A stretch of DNA of 64,000 nucleotides. It comes from Bdellovibrionales bacterium (lineage in GTDB: Bacteria; Bdellovibrionota; Bdellovibrionia; Bdellovibrionales; UBA1609). Made by a program: the position numbers and the translations under genes. This document shows, piece by piece, positions 32,699 to 40,937 of this stretch (position 1 is its first letter; each line of letters begins with the position of its first letter). Location: contig CBDHDF010000002.1 of the NCBI GenBank assembly GCA_965261545.1, positions 512,001-576,000 of the forward strand, given 5' to 3'. The notes under the pieces were generated by a model. It was not told where the DNA came from, searched no databases, and saw only the letters and a list, made by a program, of their open reading frames with translations.

Positions 32699-34413
32699 TG
32701 AATATTATAACTCTTAAGCAATGGTTTTTTAGAAATACGAGATTCCCCCTGATTACATTAGGTTCTGTGGTAGCTCTTGTACAGATTGCCTTTCTTATCC
32801 ATACTCACAAGGAATTAAGAAAAGGGCAAGACAAAGCTATTCGTAATCTTGTTGCCACAGTTGCAAATATTGGTATTCAACAAAAAAACAGAACCCTCCT
32901 TGAGTCATCATTTCAGCTTGCCATTGAAGAGCTTGGAGTGAAGTCTATGATTGTGTGCAAAGGGTCAAGGCGTCTTTTTCATCAACCTGCTGGGTTTGGG
33001 AGTTGTCCAAATCCTCCGCAATCCAATTCATATCAATACATCATTGAAATTAACCCTTCGGGGTTTCATGAATACAAATTTTATTTTTATGTGAGTCGAT
33101 TCCCTCTTAATTTTTCACTTGTGGCTCTTAACGGTATTACTCTTATATTCTTAATCATTGTATTTCGCATCATATACAAAATTCAAAGAAAATTCCATGA
33201 TGATATTTTATTTCCATTAAAAGACGCATTAAAGGATGATTTATCTGAAAAAAATAAATTTCAAATTAATGAACTTAATTCTATCAGGGAAACATTCGAT
33301 GAACATCGTAAGTCAAAAGAAAAACAGGCCATTGCTGGAGCTATTGTTGAGCATAACATGAATATTAACCATAATATTAAATCCATTAAACAAACTCTTG
33401 ATGTTATCATATCGGGAGAATTTTCTTCAAACAGACAAAAGAAACGATTTCATCAAGTTTCAAATGATTTTACAAGGCTTATGGCCAAGGTGGCTGAACA
33501 AATACCCGATAGAAATCAGGCCCAACTTATTACATCAGATAAAACATTCTTTGAATATCTTGAAGAAGGAAACCAAAAAAAGACAAAAGTAAACGTCAAA
33601 GATGCCTTTGAAATTGCTATCGAGCATAAAAAAATTGAAACGAAGGCACATGCAGAAGATATTCATATTGATCTTTCTTATAAAGATGAAATCAAAAATT
33701 TATTCATTGAGGCTGTGGACCCTGAACTAAGAGGTATTCTTTCCAATTTGATGAATAATTCCATTGATTCAAAGGCCACTCATATTCAAATCGAGTTGTG
33801 CAAAAAAGATTCTAATCTTGTAGCTACCCTGGTTGATAATGGTGCAGAAATCCCTGAAGATATTAAGAAAAATATTTTCCATCGCGGTTTTAGTTGGGGT
33901 AAAGAGAAGGGGACAGGCTATGGACTTTACCATGCTCAAAAATTCATAGAGTCATGGGGTGGAGAACTGAACCTCTTAAAAAGTAAGACAAGAAGTAAAG
34001 ACGGAAGTAAAAAAGGACAAACAATTTTTGAAATAAGGCTGCCCCTATGGAAGCCCTCACCTATAAATCTTGATTCAAAAAGCCATATAGTGATAGTGGA
34101 TGATGAGGAATCAGTCCATAGCAAATGGTCTGAAAAGATAACATCCATCAATCCAAGTGCGAAAGTCCTCCACTTCAAGAAACCCCATGAGTTTCAAGTT
34201 TGGTTTAGCGGCAATCATGTCTTTTCTGACCATGTATTCTTTTTTGATAGCGACCTTGGAGACAATGAAGAAACTGGAGAACATTTGATAGATGAGATGG
34301 GTCTTAATCATATGTCCTACCTTGTCACAAACAACTATAACAATTCAAAGTTAGCAAGCTGGTGTAACAAGAGGTCCATTCAGGTGATCCCCAAGGGTTA
34401 TTTGTTGGGTTAA
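32698..34413 (+). CDS. Membrane hybrid sensor histidine kinase with C-terminal receiver
   Basis: Two TM segments; HNIKS H-box; LSNLMNNS, DNG and GTGYGL boxes; VIVDDE...FFDSDLG receiver. Confidence 0.9.
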   Translation: MNIITLKQWFFRNTRFPLITLGSVVALVQIAFLIHTHKELRKGQDKAIRNLVATVANIGIQQKNRTLLESSFQLAIEELGVKSMIVCKGSRRLFHQPAGFGSCPNPPQSNSYQYIIEINPSGFHEYKFYFYVSRFPLNFSLVALNGITLIFLIIVFRIIYKIQRKFHDDILFPLKDALKDDLSEKNKFQINELNSIRETFDEHRKSKEKQAIAGAIVEHNMNINHNIKSIKQTLDVIISGEFSSNRQKKRFHQVSNDFTRLMAKVAEQIPDRNQAQLITSDKTFFEYLEEGNQKKTKVNVKDAFEIAIEHKKIETKAHAEDIHIDLSYKDEIKNLFIEAVDPELRGILSNLMNNSIDSKATHIQIELCKKDSNLVATLVDNGAEIPEDIKKNIFHRGFSWGKEKGTGYGLYHAQKFIESWGGELNLLKSKTRSKDGSKKGQTIFEIRLPLWKPSPINLDSKSHIVIVDDEESVHSKWSEKITSINPSAKVLHFKKPHEFQVWFSGNHVFSDHVFFFDSDLGDNEETGEHLIDEMGLNHMSYLVTNNYNNSKLASWCNKRSIQVIPKGYLLG

Positions 34414-34535
34414 ATGGACAGCCATCAATCTCATTTACGAAATATAAGATAAATTACAAAAAGAAAACCAATTAAAAATTGATGAAATAACTTTAGCTTC
34501 GTATTCAAATATTAATTTAACTAGTTACTTAATTA

Positions 34536-37500
34536 ATGGAAGGTAAATATCTCATGTCGAATTATAAAAAAATACGAAAATTAATAGATGGTTTAATGGA
34601 AGAATATAATGATGGTAGATATATATTTAGGGGGATTAATCAAACAAATAAAAAATATAATAAGAAGCAAGTTCACTCTTCCATTTTTCGAAAATTTTTT
34701 GATAAAGGCATATGGCATAACTCATTCAATCCACTGTATATTGAAGAGCTAACTGTGGAGGGAGCAAAGAAATATTTTTCGCTTAGCACAAGAAATATAG
34801 AAATTTTAACTAACTTACGTCACTATGGTTGCGATGTTAATCTTATAGATTTTACTCATAATCCATATATTGCTTTATTTTTTTCTTGCGTTGGAGAAAT
34901 TTCAGAAGAAGAAGGCGTTGAAGAAAATGGTCAATTCATATGCCTAAAATCTAATGAATTAAAATATCTTAAAGATATTGATTATTCTTATTTAAAAACT
35001 GCTTCTAATATTGGGTTGATAGAACCTTCTTATAATTCCTCCATCTCGAATAGAATCATAGCTCAGGATAGTGTTTTTGTATGTTCACCAAAAGGATATC
35101 TTGATGATGAGATGAATGGTCTCCACATTAAAAAAATAAAACATGATGATAAAATAATGATCCTAGACTATTTGATGAAGGTTCATCATATATTTGAAGC
35201 AACTATTTACAACGATGTTATTGGATTTATTAAAAATGAAGAAAATACCAAGCCCTACATGATTCATTTTTATAAAGGGTTATCCTTAAATACTCTTACA
35301 AATGAGAGCAAAGAAAATGATACTAAATCTCTTTATAAGAAATCAATCATAGAATATGATTCATCTATTAAATCATATTCTCTTTTTCCTTTATCTTATT
35401 TAAGTAGAGGCTCTGCAAAGCAAGAATTAGGTAAGACAAAAGAAGCCATCATTGACTACGATAAGGCTATTGAGTTGCTGCCGAAGATTGGTGTATACTA
35501 TGATTATCGAGGTTCCGCAAAACAAGAATTAGGTGAATTAGAAGAAGCCATCATTGATTACGATAAGGCTATTGAATTAAACCCCGAGATTAGTGAATAT
35601 TATTTTAATAGAGCTTCCGCAAAACAAGAGTTAGGTGAATTAGAAAAAGCCATCATTGACTACGATAAGGCTATTGAATTAAACCCCAAAATTAGTAAAT
35701 ATTATTCTAGTCGAGCCTGGGCAAAGATGGAATTAGGTAAGATAGATGAAGTTATCATTGACTACGATGAGGCTATTAAATTAGACCCTAAAACTAGTCA
35801 ATATTATTCTAATCGAGCCCTGGCAAAGATGAAATTAGGTAAGATAGATGAAGCCATCATTGACTGCGATAAGGCTATTAAATTAGACCCTAAAGTTAGT
35901 CATTATTATTCTAATCGAGCCCTGGCAAAGATGAAATTAGGTAAGATAGATGAAGCCATCATTGACTGCGATAAGGCTATTAAATTAGACCCTAAAATTA
36001 ATCATTATTATTATGATCGAGGCTTGGCAAAGATGGAATTAGGTAAGATAGATGAAGCTATCATTGATTACGATAAAGCTATTAAATTAGACCCTAAAAT
36101 TAGTGAGTATTATTCTAGTCGAACCCTGGCAAAGATGGAATTAGGTAAGATAGATGAAGCTATCATTGACCACGATAAAGCTATTAAATTAGACCCTGAA
36201 ATTAGTCATTATTATCATCATCGAGGCTTGGCAAAGATGGAATTAGGCAAGACAAAAGAAGCTATCATTGACTACGATAAATCTATTGAATTAGACCCTG
36301 AAATTAGTCATTATTATCATCATCGAGGCTTGGCAAAGATGGAATTAGGCAAGACAAAAGAAGCTATCATTGACTACGATAAAGCTATTGAATTAGACCC
36401 TGAAATTAGTCATTATTATCATCATCGAGGCTTGGCAAAGATGGAATTAGGCAAGACAAAAGAAGCTATCATTGACTACGATAAATCTATTGAATTAGAC
36501 CCTGAAATTAGTGGATATTATGCTGATCGAGGCTTGGCAAAGATGGGATTAGGCAAGACAAAAGAAGCTATCATTGACTACGATAAAGCTATTGAATTAG
36601 ACCCTAAAATTAGTGGATATTATGCTGATCGAGGTGTTTTAAAATACAGATTGAGTGAAATAAAAGAAGCTATCATTGACTACGATAAAGCTATTGAATT
36701 AGACCCTAAAATTAGTGGATATTATGCTGATCGAGGTGTTTTAAAATACAGATTGAGTGAAATAAAAGAAGCTATCATTGATTACGATAAAGCTATTGAA
36801 TTAGACCCTAAAATTAGCCATTATTATTTTGATCGAGCCTTGGCAAAGATGGAATTAGGTAAGACAGATGAAGCTATCATTGACTACGATAAAGCTATTG
36901 AATTAGACCCTAAAATTAGTCATTATTATTATCATCGAGGCTTGGCAAAGATGGGATTAGGTAAGACAAAAGAAGCTATCATTGATTACGATAAAGCTAT
37001 TAAATTAGATCCTAAAATTAGTGAGTATTATTCTAGCCGAGCCCTGGCAAAGATGGAATTAGGTAAGATAGATGAAGCTATCATTGACCACGATAAAGCT
37101 ATTGAATTAGACCCTAAAACTAGTCACTATTATTTTAGTCGAGCCCGAGCAAAGATGAAATTAGGTAAGATAGATGAAGCTATCATTGACTACGATGAAG
37201 CTATTGAATTAGACCCTGGAATTAGCAAATATTATGCTGAACGAGGTCTTTTGAAATACAAACTAAATGAAATACAAGAAGCTATTTTTGATTATGATAA
37301 GGCTATTGAATTAGACCCTAAAATTAGTCATTATTATTATGGTCGAGGCTTGGCAAAGATGGAATTAGGTAAGACAGATGAAGCTATCATTGACTACGAT
37401 GAGGCTATTAAATTAGACCCTAAAACTAGTCACTATTATTCTAGTCGAGCCCGAGCAAAGATGGAATTAGGTAAGATAGATGAAGCTATCATTGACTACG

Positions 37501-38045
37501 ATGAAGCTATTGAATTAGACCCTAAAACTAGTCACTATTATTTTAGTCGAGCCCGAGCAAAGATGAAATTAGGTAAGATAGATGAAGCTATCATTGACTA
37601 CGATGAAGCTATTGAATTAGACCCTGGAATTAGCAAATATTATGCTGAACGAGGTCTTTTGAAATACAAACTAAATGAAATACAAGAAGCTATTTTTGAT
37701 TATGATAAGGCTATTGAATTAGACCCCGAAATTAGTGGATATTATTTTTGTCGAAGCTTGGCAAAGGAAAAATTAGACGAATTAGAAGGATCTCTGTTAG
37801 ATTGTGAAAAAGCTATTGAATTAGAAAAAAATAATGGAGAACTTTATTATAAACGAGCAGTTTATAAGTCTAAACTAGGTAGAAATCATAAAGAGATTCA
37901 TGACGACATAGATATATTTAAGAAGTTAGTAAATGCGCTAACAAATGACTTAATAAGTGATATTAATAATATGAAAAATCAGACTGACAAATATCCTAAA
38001 CTTAAATATTTGATAAATTATATAAAAAATAAGTTCGATATGTAA
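34536..38045 (+). CDS. FRG-domain protein with about 24 TPR repeats
   Basis: YIFRG, LRHYG..NLIDFTHNPYIALFFS and NRIIAQDSVF motifs; 34-aa (102-bp) TPR tandem array at about 35395-37850. Confidence 0.9.
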   Translation: MEGKYLMSNYKKIRKLIDGLMEEYNDGRYIFRGINQTNKKYNKKQVHSSIFRKFFDKGIWHNSFNPLYIEELTVEGAKKYFSLSTRNIEILTNLRHYGCDVNLIDFTHNPYIALFFSCVGEISEEEGVEENGQFICLKSNELKYLKDIDYSYLKTASNIGLIEPSYNSSISNRIIAQDSVFVCSPKGYLDDEMNGLHIKKIKHDDKIMILDYLMKVHHIFEATIYNDVIGFIKNEENTKPYMIHFYKGLSLNTLTNESKENDTKSLYKKSIIEYDSSIKSYSLFPLSYLSRGSAKQELGKTKEAIIDYDKAIELLPKIGVYYDYRGSAKQELGELEEAIIDYDKAIELNPEISEYYFNRASAKQELGELEKAIIDYDKAIELNPKISKYYSSRAWAKMELGKIDEVIIDYDEAIKLDPKTSQYYSNRALAKMKLGKIDEAIIDCDKAIKLDPKVSHYYSNRALAKMKLGKIDEAIIDCDKAIKLDPKINHYYYDRGLAKMELGKIDEAIIDYDKAIKLDPKISEYYSSRTLAKMELGKIDEAIIDHDKAIKLDPEISHYYHHRGLAKMELGKTKEAIIDYDKSIELDPEISHYYHHRGLAKMELGKTKEAIIDYDKAIELDPEISHYYHHRGLAKMELGKTKEAIIDYDKSIELDPEISGYYADRGLAKMGLGKTKEAIIDYDKAIELDPKISGYYADRGVLKYRLSEIKEAIIDYDKAIELDPKISGYYADRGVLKYRLSEIKEAIIDYDKAIELDPKISHYYFDRALAKMELGKTDEAIIDYDKAIELDPKISHYYYHRGLAKMGLGKTKEAIIDYDKAIKLDPKISEYYSSRALAKMELGKIDEAIIDHDKAIELDPKTSHYYFSRARAKMKLGKIDEAIIDYDEAIELDPGISKYYAERGLLKYKLNEIQEAIFDYDKAIELDPKISHYYYGRGLAKMELGKTDEAIIDYDEAIKLDPKTSHYYSSRARAKMELGKIDEAIIDYDEAIELDPKTSHYYFSRARAKMKLGKIDEAIIDYDEAIELDPGISKYYAERGLLKYKLNEIQEAIFDYDKAIELDPEISGYYFCRSLAKEKLDELEGSLLDCEKAIELEKNNGELYYKRAVYKSKLGRNHKEIHDDIDIFKKLVNALTNDLISDINNMKNQTDKYPKLKYLINYIKNKFDM

Positions 38046-38079
38046 GTTTTTTATAATGTACCAGAGATGTTATAAAAAC

Positions 38080-38103
38080 GGTCCCCCTCCAAGAAGGGGG
38101 TCC
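38080..38103. terminator. Putative hairpin terminator between convergent genes
   Basis: Imperfect stem-loop GGTCCCCCTCCAAGAAGGGGGTCC. Confidence 0.4.
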
Positions 38104-38120
38104 ATAGAAACAGCTAGAAA

Positions 38121-38333
38121 TTATTTACTATTTTGTTTCACTGCCTTACCTTGCTTTTCTCTTGGCCCCTTCGAGTCGCTGAGCAGAGCATCTGTAAATT
38201 TGGTTGTTGGGGTCAAGCCACGAAGAATTTGCTTCGTAGCTGCCTCTTGGAAGAATTGAAAAACCTCCACGGCAGAAAAATACATAAAGACCCAAAATAA
38301 AGTGCCTACGATTAAATCGGTCAATGCTTTCAT
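38121..38333 (-). CDS. Small (70 aa) membrane-anchored or secreted protein
   Basis: GGAGG RBS 6 nt before the ATG; hydrophobic N-terminus. Confidence 0.6.
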   Translation of the reverse strand: MKALTDLIVGTLFWVFMYFSAVEVFQFFQEAATKQILRGLTPTTKFTDALLSDSKGPREKQGKAVKQNSK

Positions 38334-38840
38334 GATATACCTCCATTTATGATTTGAGTTTGTCTCTCATTTTTTGGTGAGGGTGTTGATTTTATCTTTT
38401 TAAATCTCAACCCTAGGTGCTAAAGCTCACAGAACAGGCCATCATTAGAATGACCCAGAAATGGGTCGTCGTTCTTTGTCCCCTGGTTTATGACCCAAAA
38501 GTGGGTCATAAGAAGAAGAGGATGCGACACAGTGTATAAAAATTTTGTGCGATCCATGGAACAAAACAGTTAAGGGGAACTCCATACAAGAAATGGGGTT
38601 CCACACCCGTCGAGCTGACCAGTTCCAATCCCGTCCGTCCGTTTTGGCCTCCTGTTAGGACAGCACCTCAAAAATCCAAGATGGGATCGGTCACCCAAAG
38701 GTCACCCAAAAGTCACCCAACTTTGAAATAGTCTGAAATTCTCACAAATACAAAGACCCAGAGAGTTTCTCACTTGTGTATTATTAAGTACTTAGAACGA
38801 TTGAGGAATTAGGAATGTAGCGAAAAGAGGTGTCGCAGCT

Positions 38841-38917
38841 TGGTCAGCCCGACTGGATTTGAACCAGCGACCTCCACCACCCCAAGGTGACGCGCTACCG
38901 GGCTGCGCTACGGGCTG
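38841..38917 (-). tRNA. trnP: tRNA-Pro (GGG)
   Basis: CAGCCCG TAGCGCAGCCCGGTAGCGC GTCACC TTGGGGT GGTGG AGGTC GCTGGTTCAAATCCAGT CGGGCTG ACCA; 77-nt cloverleaf with encoded CCA. Confidence 0.97.
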
Positions 38918-39041
38918 ACAACACTAGAGAAGGGTAAAAGATAAAGCCACATAGAATGAGAGGCAAGTAAAAAAGGACTCTTTGATTATATTGACTTGCC
39001 CTTTACCCGGAGGGGCGGATCAAAACCATCCATTTGTGGGC

Positions 39042-39131
39042 GTGTGATCCAATACTTTATTTTGACGGATTTTTCATGGGTTCCTTTGACCTCGAAGAAA
39101 TTTTTATGATTTTATCCTGACTGAGTTTAAG
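39042..39131. repeat. Copy of the transposon end at 8159
   Basis: Near-identical TGTGATCCAATACTTTATTTTGACGGA... Confidence 0.8.
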
Positions 39132-39235
39132 TGGACAGCTTCGCTGGTCTATATATGGCCTCTTTTAGTTACTCTGGACTTTTGATTGTATTTTTGTCAT
39201 GTATGATTCCGATACAATAAAGGATAAAGCAATAA

Positions 39236-39584
39236 CTTATTTCTTGCGCGAAAATTCATCTAAATGCCACAGACTTGCTTGTGGTAGCTTGTTATAAGGC
39301 TTAAATGACTTAGAGGGCCTCAAAATACTGGGTTTTAAATCACGAATCCGTCCTAATCCACTCTAGGAGGTGTTTTTATAAGATGAAAGAAACTCAATTA
39401 ACGCAGTGCTCATTTTTGGAAAAAAGAATACAGCCATTCTCTAGAATTACTTATGAGAGCCAATTATAGAGTTCTAGAATTCTACTTTCCTTATTTTTCA
39501 GGTCTTCCAAGGTGTCGATCCTCTAAAAATAAGTCTAGAAAGTAATTTTAAGGGTTTTAGCTGAATTTTCGCGCAAGAAATAAG
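39236..39584. mobile_element. 349-bp MITE inserted in a copy of the IS110 leader
   Basis: 23-bp IR CTTATTTCTTGCGCGAAAATTCA with AATAA DR. The empty site is visible at about 47679. Confidence 0.85.
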
Positions 39585-39656
39585 AATAACATTATTGGAA
39601 GGTGATAAGATGAGTGGCCGTTGAATAGATTGGTAATTTTAATTCCGTGACGTAAG

Positions 39657-39782
39657 GAGGTGTAAATAAATAACTTTTCGTTTTTTAAATTCCATGTTAC
39701 ATTTAAATCATGGACAAAATAAACAAGGACTGGCTAAAAGTCTTCCCCACACTCAATAAATCTCAGAAAAGATGGGTTGCTA
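39657..39782 (+). pseudogene. ISAzo13-like left end and transposase start, truncated
   Basis: GAGGTGTAAATAAATAA end; MDKINKDWLKVFPTLNKSQKRWVA from 39710. Confidence 0.5.
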
Positions 39783-40937
39783 CCTGAAATCCCTAAAAGT
39801 TGTAACTAGGTTTAATGTATTGCGTTAACTTTCCTCTCTTCCTATGGAATTGGCTGCTGTCAACGGTTTGAGAGGTTTAATAGTATTAATATATTTAATA
39901 TGATTCATAAGAATTTGCTGCGAAAGGTCCTGTCTCCATTGGATAGATGAGGCATAGTGGTAGCCACAGCCACCGTCACATTTGAAACAGATAAAAAACA
40001 TCATTTTGTCTTGGGAAGCCCATCTATTTGGAAGGCTGAAAAAATATCCTTTTGTTTTTTAGACAGCTCTCCAAGCATCAGATCACCTGTAGCTAATTCA
40101 TAAAATTTTAATCGGTCCATCATTTTGTAAATTTCTATTTTAGACATTTTTTTATATAACTTCTTATCTTTCATAACAGTATCAATATGTGAAATTAAAA
40201 TTCAAGAGAGAAAATTAATAAAGATGCTTCCCCTCATATTCATGAGAGAATGAACTCGACTTCTCCTTCCATTAATATCATGCTTGAATGAGAAAAATAC
40301 TTTCTCAATGATATCTTTGTTTCGATATAAACTCAATATATCTGTTTTCTTTAAATCATGACTATTTGTAATTAATATCATAATACCCAGCGTAGAAGAT
40401 TCTTCATTAATATTTTCTTCATTTAAAGAAATCTTAAATGGAGTGCAATCAGAGATATTGAGAAACCTTTTTTTATTTCCTAAAGTTTCTTTCATATAGG
40501 AACTAGCTTGTTCTTCTGATTTCAAATCTTTCTCAAGAAAGAGTTTCATAAAATCAAGCAACTCTTTCATTAACACAGATTCCTCATAAACCCTTCTTTC
40601 TTTGTCTAAGAAAATATGAGCCGTACAATCAAATCCTCCGATTTTTATTGATTCTTTGCAATGCGAATAAATTTCCTCATTAAAAGTAAAAGAGCATGAT
40701 GGAGATTTTATTTTCTCATTTAAAGCCACAGCAAGCTCTCTTGAGAGTTTTGTTCTAAAACTCATGGGTATCAAATACTTCAATTCCTTACGATGCAGTC
40801 CCTTAATATTTTCTACACTAGAAAAACCCTTATCCATAACTAAACAATCTAAATCTAATTTATAACTTGTTATGATCTCAATAATATTCGATAAAGTTTT
40901 GACATCCGGTATACTTCCAGGATAGATTCTGTACGCT
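39783..40937 (-). mobile_element. Partial IS1634-family element (3' part of transposase, degenerate)
   Basis: YRIYPGSIPDV, MDKGF and YRNKDIIEKVF motifs. Its end CCTGAAATCCCTAAAAGTTGTAACTAGGT is shared with the 594-bp MITEs. Confidence 0.75.

Noticed and set aside
35395..37850. CRISPR-like periodicity
   Set aside because: In-frame 102-bp TPR coding repeats with no unique spacers and no cas genes.
38427..38441. Minus-strand sigma54-like promoter TGGCCTGTTCTGTGA
   Set aside because: The -12 element is GA rather than GC and it lies only about 10 bp from the putative enhancer.
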